From Longimicrobiales bacterium (lineage in GTDB: Bacteria; Gemmatimonadota; Gemmatimonadetes; Longimicrobiales; Gaopeijiaceae): DNA of 64,000 nucleotides. This document shows, in pieces, positions 9,376 to 19,850 of the stretch. The notes beneath the pieces are model-generated. The model saw only the letters and a list, made by a program, of their open reading frames with translations. It was not told the DNA's origin and ran no database searches. Made by a program: the position numbers and the translations under genes. The stretch lies in contig CBDCNQ010000004.1 in the NCBI GenBank assembly GCA_965219445.1, forward strand, positions 128,001-192,000. Reading direction: 5' to 3'. Each line of letters opens with the position of its first letter. Positions within the stretch are counted from its first letter, which is position 1.

Positions 9376-12300
9376 GATTCGACGCCGCCGGACGCCGTTG
9401 CGAACCTTGCCACCGGAACGGTGACGGCGTCCTCCATTGACCTGTCCTAGACGGCCCCCGGCGACGACGGAGCCACCGGGACCGCGACCACCTACGACGT
9501 TCGTTACTCCACGAGCACGATCACCGCGGGCAACTGGGCCTCAGCCACGCAGGCGAGCGGAGAGCCGGCGCCGTCGGTAGCAGGCAGCGCCGAGACGTTC
9601 ACCGTGACGGGGCTCAGCGCGAGCACTACCTACTTCTTTGCGATCAAGACCTCGGACGAGATCCCGAACGAGAGCGTGATCTCTAACGTGCCGAGCGCCG
9701 CGACCGCGTCGCCCGCCACGTTGCTGGCCCGATACTGGATGGAAGAGGCGTCGAGCGGTCAGGCGCCAACACAGTTGCTCGACGACCAGGCGAGCCCCTT
9801 GAACCTGCCCATCACCTATGACGGGGCGAACTACAGCTACACGGTCCTCCCCACAGGACGGGGTTGGGAGTCGACGACCACAAACAACGACGGGCGGGCA
9901 TCTACGTTGGTTAACGGTACAAAGCTTCAAACGACCCTCGATGGCGCCACGGCGACCACTATCGAGGTCGTGTTGGCGATTGATGCCCTTAGCACTAGTC
10001 AGAGTCGCATCTTCCACATCGGCGATGGCTCGGAGTCCGGCTACCTGACCCTTTCATCCCCCAATGCAACTACACTCTTCTTCTACGCGCTTGGGACAAC
10101 TCTCCGAGGCCAATGGAACCCGGGATTCGATGGAACTCGAGCAGTATTCCATTTGGTTTACGACTCCGCGGAGCCGACGGCCGGGGACCGAGTGCGGCTG
10201 TACAAGAACGGCGTGCTCCAAGCCTCGACCGGTGGGACCGATCCGCCGCTGAACGAGACGATCAGCATCCCCAATGGCAAGTACTTCGCCATTGCGAACC
10301 GTGAGGTCGGCGTCCGGTCGTTCGATGGGAGCATCTACTATGCGGCCGTCTACGACGGCGCCCTCACAGCCTCGGAAGTCTCGACTAACTCCACCGCCCT
10401 GCTGGCCAGCGACGACAGCGGACTTGATTCTACACCGCCGGACGCGATCACAGACCTCGCCACCGGAACAGTGAGGTCGACGAGCCAGCAGTTGAGCTGG
10501 ACCGCGCCCGGCGACGACGCAGCCACCGGGACCGCGACCAGCTACGATATCCGCTACTCGACGAGCACGATCACCGAGGGCAACTGGGCCGCCGCCACGC
10601 AAGCGACCGGAGAGCCTTCGCCGCAGGTCGCGGGCAGCAGCGAGACGTTCACGGTCACGGGGCTGAGCGGCAGCACCACGTACTTTTTCGCGATCAAGAC
10701 CTCGGACGAAGTCCCGAACGAATCAGCGATCTCAAACGTGCCGAGCGCCACGACAGACCTGGACGGTATGACGCAGACCGGCTTCGCCTGGTCGGACGAC
10801 GTAGCGACCTTCACATCGAAGGGTGATGACGTGACGTTGGATGCGGCACAAGGGACGACCTACATCGTCGGGATCCAGGTTGCGATGACCCAGGGGGCCG
10901 CCAGCAATAGTTGGGTGCTCCAGGTGCGCGAAGACGGCGCGGGCTCGTGGCTCGACGTGTTCCAGCTGGGCGGCGGCGAGAGTCAGGTGTGGGAGACGGA
11001 TTCGTCCCACAACTTCAGCAAGGGGAACGGTGACGTCGTCTCGACCGGAGAATTCGGCAACGGCACGGCCCCCACGTACTTCACGGCTGTCGACGGTGAG
11101 TTCTCGGACGACAACAACGGCCTCGGCGACGGCTACACCGGCCCCGACGTCTACACTGAGCTCCAGTATGCTGTGAGGGCTTCGGGCTTGAGCGACGGCC
11201 ACACCTACGAGTTCAGGGTAACGTACAACGGGTCACCGCTGGACCTGTACAGCACGTACGCGACCGTCGCCGATCCGGGCACGCCGGACGCTGTCTCGGA
11301 CCTCGCCACCGGAACGCTCACCTCGTCGAGCGTACAGCTGACCTGGACCGCACCCGGAGACAACGGGGCCACCGGGACCGCGTCCACCTATGACGTCCGC
11401 TACTCCACGAGCGTCATCAACGACGGTAACTGGGCCTCCGCCACGCAGGCGACCGGAGAGCCTGCGCCGCAGGTCGGGGGCAGTGCCGAGACGTTTACCG
11501 TCACGGGGCTCAACTCGAGCACCACGTATTACTTCGCGATCAAGACCTCGGACGAGGTCCCGAACGAGTCAGCGCTCTCCAACGTTCCGAGCGCCACGAC
11601 GTTGAACGGCGCGCCGACAGTGGTTGCGGCGATCGCGGACACCTCGGTGGTCGAGGACAACCCACCGGTCGACAACTATCGCGATCTAAAGGCTGTGTTC
11701 ACCGACTTCGAGGATGGCTCGGCGCTCACCTTCACGATCCAGACCAACACCAATCCGGGTCTGGTCACGCCGACCATCGGCGCCGACAGCGCCTTGGATC
11801 TGAGCTTCACCGCCAGTCTCAATGGTGCGGCAACGATCACCGTCCGCGCCACCGATAGTGGCGCGCTGTTCGTGGACGATGTCTTCACGGTCACCGTCCT
11901 GGATACGACGCCGCCAGATGCCGTCGCGGACCTAGCCACCGGAACGGTGACAGCGTCGAGCGTGGACCTGTCCTGGACTGCGCCTGGAGACGACGGGGCC
12001 ACCGGCACCGCGACCACGTACGACGTCCGGTACTCGACGAGCGTAATCAACGACGGCAACTGGGCCTCGGCCACGCAGGCAACGGGAGAGCCCGCCCCGC
12101 AGGTTGCGGGTAGCTCGGAGACATTCACGGTCACGGGGCTCAACTCGACCACGACCTACTACTTCGCGATCAAGACGTCGGACGAGGTTCCGAACGAATC
12201 AGCGCTCTCCAACGTGCCGAGCGCCACGACACTGAACGGCCCGCCGACGGTAGCCGCGGCGATCGCAGACACAACCGTGAATGGGGACAACCCCCCCGTC

Positions 12301-14103
12301 GACAACTATCGCGATCTCAAGGCCGTGTTCACTGACTTCGAGGATGGCTCGGCGCTCACCTACACGATCCAGGGCAACACCAATCCGGGCCTGATCACGC
12401 CGACCATCGGTGCCGACAGCGCCCTTGATCTGAGTTTCACCGCCGGCATCAACGGTGCCGCAACGATCACGGTCCGGGCCACCGACAGCGGTGCCCTGTT
12501 CGTGGATGATGTCTTCACGGTCACGGTACTGGATACGCATGCGCCGGAGGCCATCACCAATCTTGCCACCGGATCGGTCTCGTCGTCGAGTGTGCAGCTC
12601 ACCTGGACCGCTCCCGGAGACGATGGAGCCACCGGGACGGCGACGACCTATGACGTCCGCTACTCGACGAGCACGATCACGGAGGGCAACTGGGCCTCCG
12701 CCACGCAGGCGAGCGGAGAGCCTTCGCCCCAGGCCGCGGGCAGCGGTGAGTCGTTCACGGTGACGGGGCTCAGCCAGGGCACCACATACCATTTCGCGAT
12801 CAAGACTTCGGACGAGGTCCCGAACCAGAGCGCGATCTCCAACGTGCCGAGCGTCGCGACGATCGTCTCGGCCAGCGTGACGTACCAGACGGGCGACGGT
12901 AAGGGGAGTGTCTCCGAGGCCGACGATGCGAAGCTCATCGATGGTGGGTCTGCGGACACGAACTATGGCACTACGACCGACCTGGAGATTGATTCAGGCG
13001 ATAAACACAGTGTCATAAAGTTCCCCAATATTTTCGGTGGCGGCGCCGACCAGATCCCCCTGAACTCCGTGATCGTCAGCGCCACGTTGACCCTGCAAGT
13101 GTTCGACCAGGGAGACGATCCTCTGGTGTACCAGCTCATAGAGGGTTGGGTGGAGAGCCAGGTCACCTACAACGACCGAATCACCGGCGTGGGTTGGTCG
13201 AACCCGGGCGCCGGCGGAACGGGCTCGCACAAAGCGACAGCCGATGGCAGCCTGCCGGCAGGATCGACGGGCAGCAGAAGCGTCGACGTGAGCACCAGCG
13301 TACAGAACTGGTCCGATGGAGAGGTGAATGAGGGGTGGGTGCTCGAGGACACGGGTTCCGGTGGCGTGGACATTCGGACGAGTGAGTATGCAACCGTTGC
13401 TCAACGGCCCATGCTCTCGGTGACTTACCTCCCGGGTGGTGACCAGACGGCGCCGAACACCGTTACGAACCTAGCCACCGGAACCGTGACGGCGACGACC
13501 GTGGACTTGTCGTGGACCGCGCCCGGCGACGATGGAGCCAGCGGGACGGCGACCAGCTACGACATTCGCTACTCGACGAGCACGATCACCGAGGGCAACT
13601 GGGCCTCTGCCACGCAGGCGACCGGAGAGCCTTCGCCGCAGGTCGCGGGCAGCGCCGAGGGGTTCACGGTTACGGGCCTGAGCAGCGACATCACGTACTA
13701 CTTCGCGATCAAGACCTCGGACGAGATCCCTAACGAATCAGCGATCTCGAACGTGCCGAGCGCGGCGACACCGGACGTCACGGCGCCCGACGCCATCACG
13801 GACTTGGCTACCGGGACGGTGACGACGTCGAGCGTGGACCTGTCCTGGACCGCACCTGGAGACGACGGGGCCACCGGGACGGCGACCACCTACGACGTCC
13901 GCTACTCCACGAGCACGATCAACGACGGCAACTGGGCGTCCGCGACGCTGGCCACAGGTGAGCCAGCACCGCAGGCCGCGGGAAGCAGTGAGTCGTTCAC
14001 GGTCACGGGGCTCAGCGCGAGCACTACGTACTTCTTCGCGATCAAGACCTCGGACGAGGTCCCGAACGAATCAGCGCTCTCCAACGTGCCGAGCGCCGCG
14101 ACG
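9376..14103 (+). repeat. Seven ~330-bp fibronectin type III coding repeats (starts ~9376, 10426, 11272, 11902, 12532, 13441, 13774)
   Basis: Each encodes D..P.A...LATG..WTAPGD...YD.RYSTS..NWA.AT..FTVTGL..FAIKTSDE.PN; DNA identity is visibly high. Confidence 0.92.
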
Positions 14104-15240
14104 TCCTCGAACATCCCCACCTTCGCAAGTGGAGGTCAGAAGTTACACGTCGGCCAGCCGCCGGTCCCCATCAGGCTGATGACCATTACCGACGCGACGG
14201 GAGCGGGCACGTTCACCGACGCCAACGACCTGCGGATCCGGATCCCTGCCACGTTCAACATGATCTGGGACACGTTGGACGTCGACGCGACAATCGGCGG
14301 CGGCGCCAGCGCCAAGGTGAGCTCTACGGTGAGCTACGAGGATGCCGGAAAGACGCTGGTCCCGAATGTGCTGACCGACTTCCTGGCCTCAGAGCAGTTC
14401 ACCGTCGCGGATCTGAGCTTCATGTCCTTCACGGCAGTCTCGGCGGCAGACAAGCTGGAGCTCGAGGTCTATAACGACGACGTGGTCACGACCGAGGATA
14501 CCGCCAACAAGGAGATCATCGTCGGCCCCAGCATCTCATCTCGCACCAACCAGACCTTCATGGTGAGCGATCCGGCGACGCTCGCGGACACGATCACCAT
14601 TACCGAGTCTCCGACGGATCCGGTGATAACGACGGGCGACGACATCCGTATTCGCATTCCCACGGGCTTCAACATGGTCTGGGATGCTACGGTCACGAGC
14701 GTCACCCTCGGCGGAGGTGCAGCGGGTAACGTGAGCACGACGCTGCTGCCTTACGAGGATGGGAACAAGACTGCGGTGCTTGATGTCACAGGCAACTTTG
14801 CAGTAAGCGATGTAATCACAGTCGTCGGTCTGACCTTCACGACCTTCAGCGGCGTCTCCGCAGCCGACAGCTTGGAGTTGGAGCTCGAGGACGACGGCGT
14901 GGTCTCGGCCGAAGATGACAAGACGATCGAGATCATCCCGCTCAATACGACCCCCACGGTGGCGGCGGCCATCCCCGACACTACGGTGGCTGAGAATAGC
15001 TCGCCGATCGATAACTATCGCGATCTCAACGCGGTGTTTACGGACGTGGAGGACCTCTCACAGCTCACGTACACGATCCAAAGCAACACGAATCCCGGCC
15101 TGATCACGCCGACCATCGACGCCGACAGCGCCTTGGATCTGAGCTTCACCGCCAGCACAACGGGTAGCGCGACGATCACAGTGCGAGCCACAGACAGCGG
15201 TGCATTGTTCGTGGACGATGTCTTCACGGTGTCAGTCAGC
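11605..15240 (+). repeat. Three ~297-bp cadherin/Ig-like coding repeats (~11605, 12235, 14944)
   Basis: N..PTV.AAI.DT.V..DNYRDL.AVFTD.ED..TNPGL.TPTI..DSALDLSF..ATITVRATDSGALFVDDVFTV; 11272-12531 is a 630-bp tandem Fn3+cadherin duplication. Confidence 0.88.
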
Positions 15241-16710
15241 GCCCCCGCGGCATTGGTGGGTCGCTACTGGTTGAACGAAGCACCCTCCGGGCAAGTGCCC
15301 ACCACGGTGTACGACGATCAAGCGAGCCCCCTCAATCTCAGTGTGACCTACGACGCGAACATGGCATGGACCCTGAACAACGGCCATCGTGGGCTAACGT
15401 CCTCGGTCGTGCACGCGGGGATCGCCTCGGCGAACGCGGCAGGCACGAAGTACGTGACCAATCTTGACGGAGCGACCCAGGCCACGTTCGTCACGGTGAT
15501 GGAGTGGGGTGCCGGAAACGCCGACCGTATGGCCGGTTTCCAGGAGAGCGACGGCACCCGCGTTTTCCAGTTGATGACCAAGAGCGGCGGCGACATAGAG
15601 TTGCGATATCGTGCCCAAGTGGAGTACACGAGGATGTATTGGCCGGGCACGTGGGACGATGGCGTGCGGCGTGTCTTCCACGCCGTCTACGATTCCGACG
15701 ATGCCACCCTGAACGATCGGGTCCGGCTGTATGTGAACGGTGTCGATCAGGGGACGCCGACCCTCATTAGCGGCAACATGCCCCCGGTTTCTGATGGGCT
15801 GGACTTCGGCGCCGCGACGGTCGAGCTGGCGGTAATGAACGAGTCGGACCTCAGCAACGGCCTCCCGGGCAGCGTCTTCTACTACGCCGTCCATACCGGG
15901 GAAATGACCGACGGGGAAATCTCCACCGAGGCCACCGCGCTTCTGGCCGACGACGACAACATCACCTATACCGTCGCCGTCACGCCCGATGGGGTCGATA
16001 CGCTGAAGGTGCTCCCGAGCAACGGAACTTCATATTCCTACAAGCTCACGATCGACAACACCTCGAGCGTGATCGAGGACTTCGGCCTTTTCGGCTTCCC
16101 CGGCGACGTGTCCACCTTCCTCACCGTCGACTCGATCGTCGGGCCTAGCGTTACCGCAGGGGCGACCGCAGACAGCGCGTCGATCGCGGGCATCCCCGCC
16201 AGTACCGTTGACAGCGCGTTCGTGTGGTACAGCGTGGCCAACGTCGCAGCCGGTACTCTGGACTCTCTGTACGTCGAGGCCCGCTCGTTTAGCAGTAGCG
16301 CCGTGGCTGACACGGGTTGGGTTTTCATAGAGGTCGTGAAGCCCAACCTCACCGTTGGTAAGGCCGTCACTCCGAACGGCACGCAGCTGCCGGGCACCGA
16401 CCTGACCTACACCGTCACCATTACCAACGACGGCACCGATGACGCCGCCAGCGTGGTCGTGCTGGACTCGGTGCCGGCAGAGCTCGACTTCAAGGTGGGC
16501 AGCGTCGTGAACAGCCTACCGGTCACGGCCACGGTGGAGTATTCGAACGACGCGGGCAGCTCGTGGACCTATGTACCGGTATCGGCGGGGTGCGGGGCGC
16601 CTGCGACCTACGACGCGTGCGTGACCCACATTCGCTGGACGCTGGACACACACCTCAGCTATGTGGGGCCGAACAACACGGGTGACGTCGAGTTCGTGGC
16701 TCGAATCCAG

Positions 16711-16830
16711 TAGCACGCGTGCGTCCATAGCACCCGTGCATCCGCACACCCGTAGTACCCGTGTACACCCGTAGCGCTGTACACCCCTGCCACCACGTCA
16801 GTGAGACCCCGGCACCACCGACTCAGCATT
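16711..16830 (+). repeat. Degenerate short tandem repeats starting at the adhesin stop codon
   Basis: TAGCACGCGTGCGTCCA / TAGCACCCGTGCATCCG then repeated ACACCCGTAG / GTACACCC units. Confidence 0.55.
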
Positions 16831-17214
16831 ATCCCGCCAGCACCACACACCGGGTACCGCTCCAGCTCTTCCAGTGATTCGATGCCTTCGTCGTATCGAG
16901 TTGCGAAACATCGCGACCCACGGCGTGAGCGCGATTAGAAAACACATGTTCCCACAAACTCCGCGGACGAAGAGCTAGGCCTTGACCCCGCCGGCTCGGT
17001 CTCTCGAGCATCCGCAATCTCATCAGCTAGCACGTCCAAAACACTTACACATATCGCTTTATGGATATAGAAAATGCTGTGCCGGCGGCGGTCCCTCACC
17101 CCTCACCGGACATGGGTGAATGGCACGGCGAAAGATAAACACTTGTTTATTAACAGCATCCTCATCATCTTTCGCGTCCGAGAAACCGCTTCTCCGAATC
17201 GCGGATGAGGACAC

Positions 17215-18225
17215 ATGGTTCGCAAGACGCCATCTGCGGGCGTGCTACTCGCCTGTCTGTTGACGACGGCGCCCGTTTCGGCCCAAACGTCCACGTGGAC
17301 GTCCGAACGTCCCGACGGGCATGCCCCGGCCGGGGTCATGTCCGACTTTCTCGTCTTGAATCGTCGGCTCTACGCCGGCGTGCGCCTCTACCAGGAGCGG
17401 TTCAGGGGTACGAGCCTCGGTACTGAGCCCCTCTCGTCCGACGAAGTTCTGGACTTCTTTTCCGTCGCTCCTCTGAGCCTCGACAAGAACACGGCCGAAG
17501 TGGAGCTCCGGCTCGGCCTGTTCGGCTTTGTGACGGCGGCGGCCTCGCTACCAGTTACTCGCTCCGAGATGCTCAACACCGACGACGCGGTCTTCTTCGA
17601 GACGTCCTCCGAGGTCCTGGGCGATGTCAGCGTTCGAGCGCTCTTCGATGTCTTGGAGATGGACGAGTACCGGGTGAGTTTGAACCTCGGTAGCACGATT
17701 CCGACGGGTAAGATCAAGAAGCGCGACACGACCCCCTTCGCGGTCAGGGGGATACTTCCCTACGCCATGCAGGGTGGCTCCGGAACGTTCGACATCTTGG
17801 CGGGCATGACCTTCCTGACCCAGAACGAGGTCGCTTCGGTCGGCGCCCAGGTCAACGGGGTCATACGGGTGGAGGACAACCGGCGGGGCTATCGCCTCGG
17901 GGATCGATTCAGCTTCTCGGTGTGGGGCGCCCACAACCTTTCGGATTGGATGAGCGTATCGCTTCGCGGTTTCTACGAGACGTGGGGTGACGTTACAGGA
18001 TCCGAGCCGGGAACGGACGGCACATTCGATCCGAGCGCCAACTCCTTTGCACAAGGAGGGGAGCGAGTGCAGATCCCCATTGGCGTCAACTTCTTCCTCC
18101 GGGAAGGACGCTTCGCACGCCACCGGCTCATGGCCGAGTGGTACTACCCGGTCCACCAGGACCTAAACGGCCCTCAGGTAACGGCCGACCGGACCCTAGT
18201 GGTCTCCTGGCAAACCTTCTTCTGA
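17215..18225 (+). CDS. Secreted probable outer-membrane beta-barrel, small transporter-like
   Basis: Signal peptide ending VSA-Q; N-terminal RPDGHAPAGVM motif; LGDVSVRA, TIPTG, QGGSGTFD motifs; C-terminal WQTFF. Confidence 0.7.
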   Translation: MVRKTPSAGVLLACLLTTAPVSAQTSTWTSERPDGHAPAGVMSDFLVLNRRLYAGVRLYQERFRGTSLGTEPLSSDEVLDFFSVAPLSLDKNTAEVELRLGLFGFVTAAASLPVTRSEMLNTDDAVFFETSSEVLGDVSVRALFDVLEMDEYRVSLNLGSTIPTGKIKKRDTTPFAVRGILPYAMQGGSGTFDILAGMTFLTQNEVASVGAQVNGVIRVEDNRRGYRLGDRFSFSVWGAHNLSDWMSVSLRGFYETWGDVTGSEPGTDGTFDPSANSFAQGGERVQIPIGVNFFLREGRFARHRLMAEWYYPVHQDLNGPQVTADRTLVVSWQTFF

Positions 18226-18301
18226 CCTTCTTCTGACCGCCGGGATTCGAGGTCGCCCTCCATCTTCATGAGCAGAGAGGCCTGAGCTACCTGCGAGGAA
18301 C

Positions 18302-18541
18302 CTACCCCTCCCCCAGCATCCCCGCGTCCGCCAGCACGCCCCGAGCCCGTTCCTCGTCTTCGGCCCGAACAACGAGCCGCGCCGGATTGACGAACGCCAA
18401 GCCGACGTCCATACCGCCCGCATCGTCGATAAGCAGGGCCGCGTCGACGCCAGCGCTCTTGAGGTACCCGTGGGCTATCTCCGCTTCGTGCCGATAGTGG
18501 AACCGGGCCACGATCGTGGTCGGGATCCGCTCGCGGCTCAC
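18302..18541 (-). CDS. DUF2007-like putative signal-transducing small protein
   Basis: EAEIAHGYLKSAGV...LVVRAEDEERARGVL pattern. Confidence 0.75.
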   Translation of the reverse strand: MSRERIPTTIVARFHYRHEAEIAHGYLKSAGVDAALLIDDAGGMDVGLAFVNPARLVVRAEDEERARGVLADAGMLGEG

Positions 18542-18586
18542 GTCCGCTCCCGGCTCACATCCGCTCCCGCACTGTGGATACCTGCA

Positions 18587-19705
18587 TCAACTTGGAAAAA
18601 GCGACCGATCGATGGCGGGCACCAGGTCGAGGGCGTTCTCGTAATAGATCCTACGGAGCACCTCGTCCGGGAGGTCCAGCCCGTACATCTGCCAGAACGC
18701 GTGGTATCGCCGATAGTAGTCGAAGTAATCGTCCGCGGTTTCGAAGACCCGGAAGTAGGTGTGGAACTCCTCCTGGTTGTAGGAGTCCTTGCCCATCAAG
18801 ACCCGGTCCTGGTATTCGATGAGCCACTCCCTCGCGAATCGGGGCTGCCTTCCCAATTCGTAGATGACGGCGCCGAGGCCCACGTACATGTTGGGTATCT
18901 CGTCCAGGAGGCTCCCGAGGCGGGCGAGGTCGTGGCCCAACCACCCGAGATGAGCCGAGATGAATCTCGTGCCCCGATGACGCCGGAAGAGGTTGTGCTG
19001 TTCCCCGATGATCTGCTCGAAGGGTGCGCTCCGGCCTGGCGGCTGTACGCGCCTCGGTCGAAGCGTCAACTCGAGCCACCGCTCGTTGAAGCGGTCGTAG
19101 GGCTGCCAAAATTCCGCGGGGTCAGCGGAGTGGATCAACACTGTGATCCCCAGTTCGCCCGCTTTCGCCCACACGGGATCGAGACGGGGATCGTCCACCC
19201 GGATCCGATTCCCATCCGTGTCGAGGGCGCTCAGGCCCAAGTTCTTGAAGATCTTCAAACCGGCAGCCCCGGCCCTGACATCCGTTTCGAGCTGCCCCGC
19301 AGCCCGTTCACCCCATCCGGGTTCGCCCACGCCTCGAAAGTCGACGTTGGCGAAGAAAACGAAGCGCCCTGCGTGGTCGCGGGTCATGTTTTCCAGCCCC
19401 CTGACAAGACCCGCCCCGCTTCCACCCGAGAGGTTCACCATGACCGCCATGTTGAGCTCGTCCATCTCGCCGACCAGCCGGTCGACGTCGGCGGACGACA
19501 TGCGGCTCCCGTTCTGGTGACCGTGAATGTCCACGAAGGGAAAGCGGGCGCTGGTTACGACGTGCTCGGGAACGATCAGGGTATTACGCGGCTCGTACTC
19601 CTGTACGGTGACGCCCTGGCCGGCGACGGGCTGTGCCGGCACCGGGGGCAACGCCCCCCCCAGAAGTAGAGCGCATCCAACGATCTCGACGGCGGTCAAA
19701 CGCAT
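18587..19705 (-). CDS. Secreted amidohydrolase (Amidohydro_2 family)
   Basis: Signal peptide; DIHGH metal motif, GLKIFK, VLIHSAD, AHLG, DRVLMGKD, IYYENA. Confidence 0.88.
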   Translation of the reverse strand: MRLTAVEIVGCALLLGGALPPVPAQPVAGQGVTVQEYEPRNTLIVPEHVVTSARFPFVDIHGHQNGSRMSSADVDRLVGEMDELNMAVMVNLSGGSGAGLVRGLENMTRDHAGRFVFFANVDFRGVGEPGWGERAAGQLETDVRAGAAGLKIFKNLGLSALDTDGNRIRVDDPRLDPVWAKAGELGITVLIHSADPAEFWQPYDRFNERWLELTLRPRRVQPPGRSAPFEQIIGEQHNLFRRHRGTRFISAHLGWLGHDLARLGSLLDEIPNMYVGLGAVIYELGRQPRFAREWLIEYQDRVLMGKDSYNQEEFHTYFRVFETADDYFDYYRRYHAFWQMYGLDLPDEVLRRIYYENALDLVPAIDRSLFPS

Positions 19706-19850
19706 ATGGGCGCTCCACGCTCGGACAGGTCACGGACTGGCACCGCGCAGAAGGGCCACGGCAGTGGGGAATTGTAGCCACCCCGGCCCAGCGGAGAAAC
19801 CCGAGCCAGCGGGCGCAGGAGCATGGATCATGCCCACCGTGCTCGGGCCC

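Larger units (their letters stand above)
8155..16713 (+). pseudogene. Giant modular adhesin-like protein (~2852 aa): 7 Fn3, 3 cadherin-like, 2 LamG-like, 1 DNRLRE-like, C-terminal DUF11; one in-frame TAG at 9448-9450
   Basis: ATG 8155 overlaps the upstream TGA (ATGA) with GAGGAG RBS; signal peptide ending AQA-Q; ORFs 7657-9450 and 9604-16713 share a frame; the TAG sits at the W of the repeat consensus L(S/T)WTAPGD. Confidence 0.88.

Noticed and set aside
9448..9450. Amber recoding or pyrrolysine at the in-frame TAG
   Set aside because: TAG serves as a normal stop elsewhere (2504, 16711, 61652, 63282), and the site is a conserved Trp one transition away from TGG.
9376..14103. CRISPR array or mobile repeats
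   Set aside because: The repeats are 330-bp in-frame protein domains with synonymous variation; no cas or transposase genes are present.
16711..16830. Mini-CRISPR
   Set aside because: The units are short, degenerate and lack spacers.
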